Positions 48,917 through 58,453 of a stretch of 64,000 nt of DNA are shown in pieces. Every line of letters begins with the position of its first letter. The first letter of the stretch is position 1. Below the pieces are notes generated by a model, which ran no database searches, was not told where the DNA came from, and saw only the letters and a list, made by a program, of their open reading frames with translations. The translations under genes were made by a program, and so were the position numbers. Origin of the DNA: a candidate division FCPU426 bacterium (GTDB lineage Bacteria > Oederibacteriota > Muellerivitia > Muellerivitales > Muellerivitaceae); the NCBI GenBank assembly GCA_963738405.1, contig CAVTWJ010000014.1, forward strand, positions 192,001-256,000, written 5' to 3'.

Positions 48917-49098
48917 GTTCAACGAAAAATTGCGGGCGTTCAATGGAAACGGGGCTGTCGTTCAACGGAAATAGTTCCCCGTTCAATGGAAATGCTTAGT
49001 CTGTTCAACGGAAATAGTTCCCCGTTCAATGGAAATTTCGGCCCGTTCAATGGAAAAACGGTCATGTTCAATGGAAATGCCGTCCCCTTCACCGGAAA
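48917..49098 (+). repeat. Array of nine GTTCAAYGGAAA-type direct repeats with 21-22 bp period
   Basis: Repeat starts 48917, 48938, 48960, 48981, 49003, 49024, 49045, 49066, 49087. Confidence 0.9.
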
Positions 49099-49210
49099 CG
49101 GGGGCTTTACCGTAGGTTGAGGCACCCCCTTTAATCTTTATATTCCAAGAGGCTGAAACTTGGCTCAAAACCGGGTATCTTCCACTCAATTCAGGAAAGA
49201 AAGGGTGCCC

Positions 49211-49777
49211 GTGAAAAAGCCACTCAAACGCTGCCCCTGGCCCGGTGACGATGCCCTTATGACCGCCTACCATGATAAGGAATGGGGAAAGCCCATCCAT
49301 GATGACCGGAAGATCTTTGAATTCCTGGTGCTGGAGGCCTTCCAGGCCGGGCTATCCTGGCGGACTATTCTTTATAAACGTGAGAATTTCCGAAAGGCCT
49401 TCAAGGGCTTCGACTTCAAAAAAATAGCCCGTTTCGGGGCCAAGGACCGGGCGAGGTTGATGAAAGACGCGGGCATTGTGCGCAACCGCGCCAAGATCAA
49501 GGCGGCCATCGTGAACGCCCAGCTCTTTATGGAAGTTCAAAAGGAATTCGGAACCTTTTCCCGCTATATGTGGAGCTGGGTGAAGGGCAAACCCATGGTC
49601 CACCGCTTCAAGAGCCTGAAGGATTACCCGGCGGTCACGCCAGAGGCTGAGGCCTGGGCCAAGGACTTGAAAATGCGCGGGTTCAAGTTTCTCGGGCCCA
49701 CGGTTCTATACGCCCACATGCAGGCATCCGGAATGGTGAACGACCACACGGTGGATTGTTTCCGCCACCGCTCTTAA
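49211..49777 (+). CDS. tag: DNA-3-methyladenine glycosylase I
   Basis: RCPW, YHDKEWG, LEAFQAGLSW, IVRNRAKI, GMVNDH..C. Confidence 0.96.
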   Translation: MKKPLKRCPWPGDDALMTAYHDKEWGKPIHDDRKIFEFLVLEAFQAGLSWRTILYKRENFRKAFKGFDFKKIARFGAKDRARLMKDAGIVRNRAKIKAAIVNAQLFMEVQKEFGTFSRYMWSWVKGKPMVHRFKSLKDYPAVTPEAEAWAKDLKMRGFKFLGPTVLYAHMQASGMVNDHTVDCFRHRS

Positions 49778-49801
49778 TAAACTAGGGCACCGCTAATAAT
49801 T

Positions 49802-49829
49802 CACCACCAAGACTCCAAGACACCAAGAA
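49802..49829 (+). repeat. Solo arm of the CACCACCAAGAC.. repeat family
   Basis: CACCACCAAGACTCCAAGACACCAAGAA matches the left arm at 56814. Confidence 0.7.
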
Positions 49830-49979
49830 AAGCCAATTTGTGGATGCCTGCAAAACCCCAAAAGCGATTTTAGAGGTCCCTATCGGCAAGTACCCGCCCG
49901 TTTTGAAGAACTTTTGGGACGCCTATAAATTTAACCAAAAAAATTCAAACCACCTCTTGATATTTTTCTTCCGCTCCTG

Positions 49980-50001
49980 TATTTAACCAATTAGTTAAAT
50001 A
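49980..50001. promoter_or_regulatory. Palindromic ArsR operator candidate TATTTAAC-N6-GTTAAATA
   Basis: Perfect 8-bp inverted repeat just upstream of the ArsR RBS. Confidence 0.75.
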
Positions 50002-50015
50002 CAGGAAGGAAAAAC

Positions 50016-50369
50016 ATGCCCGTCGATCAACTAAGCGGAACATTCCAAGCCCTGGCCGACCCCACCCGGCGCGCCCTCATGGCCCGCCTGACGGAGGGGG
50101 AGGCCTCGGTACAGGAACTGGCCAAACCCTTCAAGATGAGCCTGCCGGCCATTTCCAAGCACTTGAAAGTTTTGGAAAAAAGCGGGCTCATCATCCGCCG
50201 CAGCCAGGCCCAGCAGAGGCTTTGCAAACTGCAAACCCAGCCCATCAAGGACGCCGTGGATTGGCTGGAGCACCACCGCAAACTCTGGGAAGACAGGTTG
50301 GACCGTTTGGACGATTACCTGAAGGAATTACAGCAAAAGGAGAAAGAAAATGACCGCCACAAAAAATAA
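50016..50369 (+). CDS. ArsR/SmtB-family transcriptional regulator
   Basis: FQALADPTRR, SLPAISKHLKVLEKSGLI. Confidence 0.93.
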   Translation: MPVDQLSGTFQALADPTRRALMARLTEGEASVQELAKPFKMSLPAISKHLKVLEKSGLIIRRSQAQQRLCKLQTQPIKDAVDWLEHHRKLWEDRLDRLDDYLKELQQKEKENDRHKK

Positions 50370-51324
50370 TTCGAATGAAATAAAGCTCACCCGCGTCTAC
50401 GACGCCCCCGTGAAGACGGTATGGGCCGCCTGGAACGAACCCGCCCAAGCCGCCCAATGGTGGGGCCCCCGCGGTTTCACCATCACCACTCACAGCAAGG
50501 ATCTGCGTCCGGGCGGCATGTGGCATTACACTATGCACGGGCCCGAAGGCGTGGACTACGTCAACAAGACCCAATACCTGGAGGTCGAGGAATATTCCAA
50601 GCTCGTCTATGACCACGGCGGGAACGATGAACAAAAACCCCTGTTCCGGGTCACTGTCCTCTTCAAGGAAGTCGACGGCAAGACCCGCATGGACATGACC
50701 ATGGCCCATTCCACTCCGGAAGCGGCGGAGCAGAGCCGGCAGATCATCAAGAAAGCTAGCGGCAATTCGACTTGGGACCGTTTGGCCGAGTACCTGGAAA
50801 AGGAGACGAAGAAAAAGGAACTCTTCTTCATCAACCGTTCCTTCCAAGTTCCATTGGAAAAAATGTTCGAGATCTGGACGACCCCGGAACACATGGCCCG
50901 CTGGGTCGTGCCGACGGGCTTTACCATGAAGTTCATCCAGGCGGACATCCGGCCTGGAGGCGAGAGTTTTTATTCCATGACCGACGCCAGCGGCAAGATG
51001 ACCATGTACGGGAAAGCCCGGTACTTGGAGATCGCCAAGCCCCACCGCATCGTCTATACCCAGCAGTTCGCGGACGAAAAGGGCCAGACGGCGCGCCACC
51101 CCATGAGCCCCACCTGGCCCGAGACCATGCTGACCACGGTGGTCCTGACCGCGGAGGGACCGGATCAGACCCGCGTGACCCTCACCTGGGAACTCACGGA
51201 CCAGGCGACGGCCGTGGAACTGGAAACCTTTATCAAGGCTCGAAGCGGCATGGCCCAGGGCTGGACCGGCTCCTTCGACAAACTGGACGATTATCTTTTG
51301 GAACATCAAGGAGCGAAAAAATGA
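50350..51324 (+). CDS. Tandem SRPBCC/AHSA1 domain protein
   Basis: Two units with WWGP/WVVP, DLRPGG, GWTGSFDKL. Confidence 0.9.
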   Translation: MTATKNNSNEIKLTRVYDAPVKTVWAAWNEPAQAAQWWGPRGFTITTHSKDLRPGGMWHYTMHGPEGVDYVNKTQYLEVEEYSKLVYDHGGNDEQKPLFRVTVLFKEVDGKTRMDMTMAHSTPEAAEQSRQIIKKASGNSTWDRLAEYLEKETKKKELFFINRSFQVPLEKMFEIWTTPEHMARWVVPTGFTMKFIQADIRPGGESFYSMTDASGKMTMYGKARYLEIAKPHRIVYTQQFADEKGQTARHPMSPTWPETMLTTVVLTAEGPDQTRVTLTWELTDQATAVELETFIKARSGMAQGWTGSFDKLDDYLLEHQGAKK

Positions 51325-51725
51325 AAAAGGAACTTTTGGTCGAGGCGGCTTATTTCTTATTAAGGGTGGTGGCGGGGCTTCTCTTCCTCCAGGCGGGGGG
51401 CGTCAAGATATTGGATTGGTTCGGGGGCGTCCCGGCCCAATACGGAGGCCACCCCCACTTCCCCGCCGAAATTTGGTTCGCGGGGATGCTGGAGCTGATC
51501 GGCGGAACCCTGATCCTCTTGGGGTTATGTACCCGCTGCGCGGCATTCGTCGTTTCGGGCGAGATGGCGGTGGCCTATTTCCAAGCCCACTTCCCCCAGG
51601 GTTTTTGGCCCGTCCAGAACCACGGCGAGCCCGCCGTGCTTTTCTGCTTCATCTTTCTTTTCTTCGCCGCCTATGGAAGCGGGGCTTGGAGCTTGGACGC
51701 CTTGATCGCAAGGAGGAAAAAATGA
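51321..51725 (+). CDS. DoxX family membrane protein
   Basis: LRVVAGLLF, ELIGG, SGEMAVAYF..H, NHGE, GAWSLD. Confidence 0.9.
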   Translation: MKKELLVEAAYFLLRVVAGLLFLQAGGVKILDWFGGVPAQYGGHPHFPAEIWFAGMLELIGGTLILLGLCTRCAAFVVSGEMAVAYFQAHFPQGFWPVQNHGEPAVLFCFIFLFFAAYGSGAWSLDALIARRKK

Positions 51726-52210
51726 GCGAGACCCCATTCGACTTCCAAAACCGTCCGCACCCCAAAGACCTGACCTTCAGCCGCGCCTTCAAGGCCCCCC
51801 GGAAGCTGGTGTTTGAAGCCATGACCCAGTGTGAACACCTGGTGCGCTTTTGGGCGCCCCAACCCTTTACCACCCACAATTGCAAGCTGGACCTGCGCCC
51901 GGGCGGAAAATGGACCTACACCTTCCGCTCGCCCGAGGGCTTGGAGCACCACGCCGAGCATACTTACCGGGAAGTGGACCCTCCCCAAAAACTCGTCATG
52001 GAAGCCGGCGTACCAGGACCCGAAGGCAAGCCCTTCTTCAAGATCCGCCAGACCCTTACCTTTCAAGAGAAAGGGGACGGGACCGAATTGGCCTTTGAAG
52101 TAAAGGTCCTGGAAGCCAATCCGGGCTCCGATCCCTTCTTGGGCGGCATGGAACAAGGGACCAACATGACCCTGGACAATCTTCAAAAATACCTGGCAAA
52201 GAATCACTGA
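51722..52210 (+). CDS. SRPBCC/AHSA1 domain protein
   Basis: RAFKAPRKLVF, DLRPGGKW, GMEQG..TLDNL. Confidence 0.88.
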   Translation: MSETPFDFQNRPHPKDLTFSRAFKAPRKLVFEAMTQCEHLVRFWAPQPFTTHNCKLDLRPGGKWTYTFRSPEGLEHHAEHTYREVDPPQKLVMEAGVPGPEGKPFFKIRQTLTFQEKGDGTELAFEVKVLEANPGSDPFLGGMEQGTNMTLDNLQKYLAKNH

Positions 52211-52232
52211 CAAAACCCAAAAACAAATAAGA

Positions 52233-52376
52233 TTTTCACCACCAAACACTTCGGCCCGCAACCGAAGTGTCGATGACCAAGGCACCAAGAACTTCGTTAG
52301 GCAGATAGGTTATCAACAAGGCAAATAAAAATCTTTTGTTTGGTTTTCTTGGTGTCTTTGTGTCTTGGTGGTGAAA
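52233..52376. repeat. MITE/REP-like intergenic element with long terminal inverted repeats; left arm interrupted by a small hairpin
   Basis: Right arm TTCTTGGTGTCTTTGTGTCTTGGTGGT identical to 56974-57000; interiors homologous. Confidence 0.75.
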
Positions 52377-52433
52377 TTGGATGTTGCCTTAGGATTTTGT
52401 TGGAGACTCTAAATAAGATTATGGAGGCACCTC

Positions 52434-52916
52434 ATGCAAAAAATAACGCCGTTTTTGTGGTTCGACGGGAACGCCGAAGAGGCCGCGAAGTTTTATGTCT
52501 CCGTCTTCAAGAAGTCCAAGATCAAAAGGGTGGTCCGCCAGCCGGAAGGGGGACCGGGCCCCAAGGGATCGGTCCTCGTTGTGGACTTTCAAATCAACGG
52601 CCAGGATTTCACGGCCTTAAACGGCGGCCCCGGGCACCCCTTGACCGACGCTGTTTCCTTCGTCGTTCATTGCAAGACGCAAAAAGAAGTGGACCGCTAC
52701 TGGAAAAAGCTTTCCCAGGGCGGCAAGGAAGTGGCCTGCGGCTGGCTGACGGACAAATTCGGCCTTTCCTGGCAGATCGTGCCGGAGGAAATGCTGCGGA
52801 TGCTTAGCGGCAAGGAACCCAAAAAGACCCAAAGAGCCTTCCAGGCCATGATGAAGATGGTCAAGCTGGACATTAAAAAATTAAAACAAGCCTATTCGGG
52901 ACAGCGTCCATCATGA
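52434..52916 (+). CDS. VOC/PhnB-like (3-demethylubiquinone-9 3-methyltransferase-like) protein
   Basis: QKITPFLWFD, ALNGGP, CGWLTDKFGLSWQIVP. Confidence 0.92.
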   Translation: MQKITPFLWFDGNAEEAAKFYVSVFKKSKIKRVVRQPEGGPGPKGSVLVVDFQINGQDFTALNGGPGHPLTDAVSFVVHCKTQKEVDRYWKKLSQGGKEVACGWLTDKFGLSWQIVPEEMLRMLSGKEPKKTQRAFQAMMKMVKLDIKKLKQAYSGQRPS

Positions 52917-53428
52917 AAAAAATCGCCCTTTTGGTCGGCAAGGACTTCGAGGATATGGAAGTCATGTACCCCTACTACCGTTTAATCGAGGCGGGCTTTC
53001 AGGTGGATGTTATCGGCGAGGATCCGGTCCGAACGAAATACTTGGGGAAAAATGGTTATCCCATCGCCTCGACCCTGGAAATCTCCAAAGCGAAGGCGAA
53101 AAACTATGCCGGGCTAGTGGCGCCAGGCGGCTGGGCGCCCGACAAGCTACGCCGCAACCCCAAGATTCTGAAACTGGTCGCCGATATCGACCGCCAAGGG
53201 GGTGTCATCGCCTCCATTTGCCACGGACCCTGGATTCTCATTTCAGCCGGAGTGGTGAGGGGTAAGAAAACCACCTCCACGGTCGCGCTGAGGGACGACT
53301 TGGTCAACGCCGGGGCCCGCTGGGAAGACCGGGAAGTGGTCGTGGACGGCCAAATGGTGACCAGCCGTAAACCGGACGACCTGCCCGCTTTCATGAGGGA
53401 GATGTTGAAACTATTGGGAAAAAATTAG
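52913..53428 (+). CDS. PfpI/DJ-1 family type 1 glutamine amidotransferase-like protein
   Basis: FEDME, PGGWAPDKLR, ICHGPW, TSRKPDDL. Confidence 0.93.
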   Translation: MKKIALLVGKDFEDMEVMYPYYRLIEAGFQVDVIGEDPVRTKYLGKNGYPIASTLEISKAKAKNYAGLVAPGGWAPDKLRRNPKILKLVADIDRQGGVIASICHGPWILISAGVVRGKKTTSTVALRDDLVNAGARWEDREVVVDGQMVTSRKPDDLPAFMREMLKLLGKN

Positions 53429-53674
53429 GCTGGAACCAATTCTACCCGGGTGATTCGTCGATTAACCCCAGAAGAACAGCGGTTTTTGCTAATTGATACA
53501 TCCCTATTACCCCGGAATTTACACAGTTCTTTTGCCCATTCGGGCGTTGAACGGGTTATACTTCCTGCTCGAACAAATTGAACTGACAAGTGACGTCTTT
53601 CCCTCCGCAGAGAATGACCAAGGAAATCAGAAGAGACAATTGGGTATGGCGTTATTAGTCGACTGGACAACCTT

Positions 53675-54733
53675 TTGGCCTTCCTCGACCGCGTATTGGA
53701 CCCCCCTTCTTATGGCTATGTGCGTGATCAAAAGTTATACGTTCCGACGAGCCGGGAACTATTCAATGAATTCTTCACCCGAATCAACATCCTTAATTCC
53801 CGCAAAAACTGGCTGGCGCTTTTTAGCTGGGTGGTCGTGCTGTTTTTCGCGCCCTTCTTTTTCATGTTCTTCTTCCACTACTTCACCTGGAAGCTTTTTT
53901 TAATCGGCTTCATTTACAGCATGGTCGTTTTGGGAACCCACGGCACCGTTTACCTGCACCGCTACGCCACCCACCACGCCTTTACTTTTACCAACCGCAT
54001 CTGGCTTTTCATCGTGAGCAACCTGGTCGTCAAGATCGTGCCGGAAGAGGTTTATGTGGTCTCGCACCATGTTCACCATTACATCTCTGAGAAGCCGGGC
54101 GATCCTTACAACGTCTATGGCGGGTTTCTCTACTGCTTTCTGGCCGACGCCAATCACCAAGCTATCGCCAGGGATTTTTCACGTGAAGATTACGCCAAAA
54201 CCGCCAAGTTGATTGAACACACCGTCGTTCCCTTGAACAGCTACGAGCAGTACCAGAAATGGGGTTCCATCTGCCACCCCCTGCCCACCCTGCTTCAATT
54301 CACCTTGAACTGGGCCTTCTGGTTCGGGGCCTTCTATTTAATCGGCGGCATGCCCTTGGCCGTCGCCATCTTCGGCATGAGCGCGGTTTGGGCGGTGGGA
54401 ATCCGCACCTTCAATTTTGACGGCCACGGGCGGGGCAAAGACATGCGCCAGGACGGTATCGACTTCAACCGCGCCGACCTTTCCATCAACCAGCCCTGGC
54501 CCGGCATGATCACGGGCGAGTGGCACAACAACCATCACCTCTACCCCAATGGAATCCGCGCCGGGTTTTTAACCTACCAATGGGATTACGCCTGGCTTTT
54601 CATCTGCGCCTGCCGGTCCCTCGGGGGCATCAAAAACTGCCGGGACTACAAGGATCAATTCATGGAAAAACATTACAAGCCCTACCTGGCCCGGCAAAAC
54701 AAGGCCAAGTTCGCCAGCCAAATTTCCGCTTAA
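53675..54733 (+). CDS. Membrane fatty acid (acyl-CoA) desaturase
   Basis: His boxes HRYATH, HHVHH, HNNHH. Confidence 0.9.
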   Translation: MAFLDRVLDPPSYGYVRDQKLYVPTSRELFNEFFTRINILNSRKNWLALFSWVVVLFFAPFFFMFFFHYFTWKLFLIGFIYSMVVLGTHGTVYLHRYATHHAFTFTNRIWLFIVSNLVVKIVPEEVYVVSHHVHHYISEKPGDPYNVYGGFLYCFLADANHQAIARDFSREDYAKTAKLIEHTVVPLNSYEQYQKWGSICHPLPTLLQFTLNWAFWFGAFYLIGGMPLAVAIFGMSAVWAVGIRTFNFDGHGRGKDMRQDGIDFNRADLSINQPWPGMITGEWHNNHHLYPNGIRAGFLTYQWDYAWLFICACRSLGGIKNCRDYKDQFMEKHYKPYLARQNKAKFASQISA

Positions 54734-54851
54734 TCCCGCTTTGCCCCTCTTGATGGAAACCCTTTTTTGTCGTTTGCCTTTTGCTAACCATTTGAATCCC
54801 TCCTGTTAGAATACCGGCTCCTCTGTTTCACTTGCTTTTAAAGGAGCCTTC

Positions 54852-55802
54852 ATGCAACCCCGCCCGCTTGGAAATTCAGACTTAAACATCACCCCCCTCG
54901 GCATCGGCACCTGGGCCATCGGCGGCCCGGACGGCAACTGGAACTGGGGGCCACAGGACGATCAAGATTCCATCGCGGCCATCCACAAGGCGGTGGACCT
55001 GGGCATCAATTGGATCGACACCGCCCCGGCCTACGGCAAGGGCCATTCGGAAGAGGTGGTGGGCAAGGCCCTGAAGGCTCTCACGAAAAAGCCCTATGTT
55101 TTCACCAAGAACTCCCTGGCCTGGGACGCGGATCGGGTCATCGTGAACCGCCTCAAGGCAGATTCCATCCGCAAGGAATGCGAGGACAGCCTAAAGCGCC
55201 TCGGGGTGGAGGCGCTGGACCTTTGGCAAATCCATTGGCCTAACCCGGACCCTGATATTGAGGAGGGCTGGGCTGAGATGGCGAAAATGCGAAAGGCCGG
55301 CAAGGTGCGCTGGATCGCGGTTTCTAATTTCACTATCGCCCAAATGAAAAGGGCCCAGGCCATCGCCCCCGTCACTTCCCTCCAGCCCCCCTACTCGGCC
55401 ATCCGGCGGGACATTGAAAAGGAAATCCTTCCCTTCTGCGCCAAGGAGAACATCGGTGTTTTGGTTTACTCTCCCATGCAAGCGGGACTCCTCAGCGGCC
55501 GGATGACAAAGGAAAGGATTCTGAACCTGCCCGAATCGGATTGGCGCAGGAAAGACATCAACTTTCAAGAGCCAAGGTTGTCTAAAAACTTGGCCTTGCA
55601 GGCAGCTTTCGGCAAAATCGCCTTAAGCCATGGCCATCAGGCGGGTGTGGCGGCTTTGGCCTGGGTTTTACTTAGGAGTGAAATCACCGGAGCTATTGTG
55701 GGGGTTCGAAACGCCCGGCAGGTCGAGGAAATGGCGCCCGCGCTGGATTTCCGGTTGAAACCAGCTGAACTTTCTGAAATTAACGGATTGCTGACGGCCT
55801 GA
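54852..55802 (+). CDS. Aldo/keto reductase
   Basis: GIGTWAIGG, DTAPAYG, QIHWP, LQPPYS, YSPMQAGLL. Confidence 0.95.
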   Translation: MQPRPLGNSDLNITPLGIGTWAIGGPDGNWNWGPQDDQDSIAAIHKAVDLGINWIDTAPAYGKGHSEEVVGKALKALTKKPYVFTKNSLAWDADRVIVNRLKADSIRKECEDSLKRLGVEALDLWQIHWPNPDPDIEEGWAEMAKMRKAGKVRWIAVSNFTIAQMKRAQAIAPVTSLQPPYSAIRRDIEKEILPFCAKENIGVLVYSPMQAGLLSGRMTKERILNLPESDWRRKDINFQEPRLSKNLALQAAFGKIALSHGHQAGVAALAWVLLRSEITGAIVGVRNARQVEEMAPALDFRLKPAELSEINGLLTA

Positions 55803-55880
55803 TTTCACTTTATAGCTTGAGTCATAAAGTAATCCCAAACCGCAACCTACTATGGGTTATTCCAAATTCGAGGTGACCCC

Positions 55881-56231
55881 ATGCGAGAAATAACAGCCGA
55901 TCCATCCTTGGTGGCCTGCTGCGGGCTTTATTGCGGAGCTTGCGGTTCCTACCTGAAGGAAAAATGCGAGGGCTGTCAAAAGAGCGAGAAGAATGCCTGG
56001 TGCCAGGTCAAGAAATGCACGAACAAAAAGGGCATTTCCACCTGCGCCCAGTGTTTGCTTTATCCCGACCCGCAGAAATGCTCGAAATTTAACAATTTCA
56101 TCTCAAAAACTTTTTCTTTTATTTTCAAGTCGGATCGGCCCGCTTGCCTCAAGGAAATAAGCGCCTCAAGCCTTTCGGCCTACGCTGAAAAAATGGCGGG
56201 CTTGAAACAGCAATCCATCAAGCGTTCCTGA
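55881..56231 (+). CDS. Cys-rich DUF3795-like protein
   Basis: CCGLYCGAC..CEGC..C..KKC..TCAQC. Confidence 0.8.
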   Translation: MREITADPSLVACCGLYCGACGSYLKEKCEGCQKSEKNAWCQVKKCTNKKGISTCAQCLLYPDPQKCSKFNNFISKTFSFIFKSDRPACLKEISASSLSAYAEKMAGLKQQSIKRS

Positions 56232-56297
56232 GACCATCGGGTCCCGCAAGGTTCGCCCGGCATGTACTTCGCTTCCCTCCAAAGATAAACTTTCCCC

Positions 56298-56804
56298 ATG
56301 GATACCCTGAAATTCGTCCCGGTCAAAACCCATGGGGACTGCCATGCCCTTGAGGCCCTGGCCTTTCCCATTTGGCGGGAGCATTACACCCCCATCATTG
56401 GAAGCGCCCAGGTGGAATATATGCTCCAAAAATTCCAGACCGCCCATGCCATCGGCGCGCAGATTCAGGAAGGGGTCCATTACTATTTCCTGAGGACTGA
56501 CGGGGAAGAAAATGCCGGGTATCTTTCGGTGGTTTACCGCCCAGCGGAAATTTTCTTGAGCAAACTTTACCTGCTCAAAAGCCACCGGGGGCAAGGCTTT
56601 GCGGGAGCGGCCTTGGAATTTGTGAAGACGATGGCCCGAAATAAAAACTTGGAACGCATTACCCTCACGGTTCACAAGCGAAACCCTTCGGTGAAAGCCT
56701 ATCAGGCCCTGGGTTTTGAGATTCTGGAACCGGTTGTGACGGATATCGGGGGCGGATTCGTGATGGACGATTACCGCATGGGGTTGAACCTGACTAGTCC
56801 CTAG
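56298..56804 (+). CDS. GNAT N-acetyltransferase
   Basis: IWREHYTPIIG, LSKLYL..RGQG, GGGFVMDDY. Confidence 0.9.
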   Translation: MDTLKFVPVKTHGDCHALEALAFPIWREHYTPIIGSAQVEYMLQKFQTAHAIGAQIQEGVHYYFLRTDGEENAGYLSVVYRPAEIFLSKLYLLKSHRGQGFAGAALEFVKTMARNKNLERITLTVHKRNPSVKAYQALGFEILEPVVTDIGGGFVMDDYRMGLNLTSP

Positions 56805-56813
56805 CACCAATAT

Positions 56814-57000
56814 CACCACCAAGACACAAAGACACCAAGAACGGCGGAATGATCGAGGCCTTAAACTTAAAACACGTCACAAAGTCAAAAAAATAATTTA
56901 ACCGCCAAGTCTCCAAAAACTTCATTAGGAAAATGGGTTGTAAGCAAGGCAAAACAAATCTTTTGTTTGGTTTTTCTTGGTGTCTTTGTGTCTTGGTGGT
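56814..57000. repeat. MITE/REP-like intergenic element with 27-bp perfect terminal inverted repeats
   Basis: ACCACCAAGACACAAAGACACCAAGAA ... TTCTTGGTGTCTTTGTGTCTTGGTGGT. Confidence 0.8.
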
Positions 57001-57044
57001 AAAAACGGTTTTTATAGGTGGTTCTTAAACTCTTTCAAGTCATG

Positions 57045-57935
57045 TCAATTTCCGGCGATGGGCGGAAGGGGCAGCTCAACCTGCTGGGTATCGGTTCCAT
57101 CGGAAGAAATAATCGAGACGGTCGCCGTGTCCCCCCCGCAATCCACCTTGTCGATCGTTCCCCCGTTTTGAAGGCGCAGGGCTGCCGAATCGACCGGAGT
57201 GGCCGCGACCTTGACCCCCGCATCACTTAAATCCACCCGGATCAAAAAATAATTTTTTTCTCCCGGCGTGGGCGTTGTTTGACTGTCCGAAAATGAAGCG
57301 ATGAAGGCGGCGGTCAAGGAGTCGGCGGCCCAGCCTATCGTTCCCTCAAGTGTGGGCGTTTCCCCGTCGGGAACATGGGAAGACTTGAGGAGATTTACTT
57401 GAGCGGTAGCGGAATAGATCAAACCCAATGAAGCCGGTTTATCACCCCACCGAATCAGTCCCAGGGATTGGGTGACCGACCCTCCCGCCGTTCCTTCAGT
57501 AAAAGAAGCGATGAGCGCCCGATTATCGGTCGAAAAATAATATTTTTGGATACCGCTGTATTGCCTCGAATCGTTGGGAGAATCCAGGTTCAACTGCATG
57601 AAACCATAAAGCGGTTTGGTGCCGGAACTTTTCGGGGTATCGCGGGTGATGAGATTCAAGAGGTTGCCGCTGAAGAAATATTCCTGGATGGCATAGACCT
57701 TTAAAGGAAACCGGGTCCCCGTTCCATGCAGTTTGTCCTGAACATCGACGTTGATAAGGGGGTCCACACCGGGAATCAGTGCGTCATCCACCCCCGGCGT
57801 GGTTTCGGATAGGGTCACCTTGTATTGAAGATTCTCAATTGTTCCAGGGTCTGCGGCCACGGCGAAGGGCAGGAAAAGAAGGCCTAAACAGCTAAATATG
57901 AGTCTGAGCAAAGAAGGTATTTGGGTTGGGGTCAT
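57045..57935 (-). CDS. Hypothetical secreted protein
   Basis: Signal peptide ending FAVAA; long open frame. Confidence 0.6.
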   Translation of the reverse strand: MTPTQIPSLLRLIFSCLGLLFLPFAVAADPGTIENLQYKVTLSETTPGVDDALIPGVDPLINVDVQDKLHGTGTRFPLKVYAIQEYFFSGNLLNLITRDTPKSSGTKPLYGFMQLNLDSPNDSRQYSGIQKYYFSTDNRALIASFTEGTAGGSVTQSLGLIRWGDKPASLGLIYSATAQVNLLKSSHVPDGETPTLEGTIGWAADSLTAAFIASFSDSQTTPTPGEKNYFLIRVDLSDAGVKVAATPVDSAALRLQNGGTIDKVDCGGDTATVSIISSDGTDTQQVELPLPPIAGN

Positions 57936-57996
57936 AGGGTATAGACGACAGGAACCGTTAAAGGGATTGCTCATAACCACTTTAAACTAAAAAAAA

Positions 57997-58356
57997 TTAA
58001 ACCACTTCCAATACACAGCCCGGAAGCCCCACCTGGGCCAAAAGGGACTTGGCGTAAAAATAAGTCTGGGCTTGCGGCGTGGAGAACCCGCCGGGGAGGG
58101 GCTTCACCGAATGCATGGCGATTTCCGCCTGCTGGGCCATTCCCGTTAACAGATCCAGTTTTTGTTCGAACGCCTCGTAAGCGGCCTGGGCCTGGATAGC
58201 GGATTGCTTCCCACCTGTTCCGGGCATGGTTTGCGTAATGAGTTGATTCAGTAAGGTATCAAAGTCGCTTCCCTGGCTGCTGATGAGCGAGGGAAGAAAG
58301 GGTTTGACCTCCGGCGAAGCATTCATCAACCCATTGATGTTCATTAAGGACGACAT
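57997..58356 (-). CDS. Hypothetical protein
   Basis: ORF with AGGAAGAGG RBS; no recognised motif. Confidence 0.5.
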   Translation of the reverse strand: MSSLMNINGLMNASPEVKPFLPSLISSQGSDFDTLLNQLITQTMPGTGGKQSAIQAQAAYEAFEQKLDLLTGMAQQAEIAMHSVKPLPGGFSTPQAQTYFYAKSLLAQVGLPGCVLEVV

Positions 58357-58453
58357 GGCCTCTTCCTTGGTTTAACTTCGAAGAATTCCTTCTATAATCC
58401 CTAACGGTTTTATCCGGACAAACTTGAATCTTTATTTTTTAAGGAGATTTGCG

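Noticed and set aside
48917..49098. Possible CRISPR array or heptapeptide-repeat gene (PFNGNxx)
   Set aside because: Repeats (12 bp) and spacers (9-10 bp) are too short for CRISPR and no cas genes are present; two 22-bp periods break any single reading frame
40569..49100. Integrase-borne genomic island or prophage at tRNA-Asn
   Set aside because: No integrase, no phage genes and no distal att repeat seen; only the short local tRNA-end copies
50245..51309. 354-aa minus-strand ORF and the extended frames at 50772 and 51416
   Set aside because: Shadows of the SRPBCC operon; the real starts are 51321 and 51722
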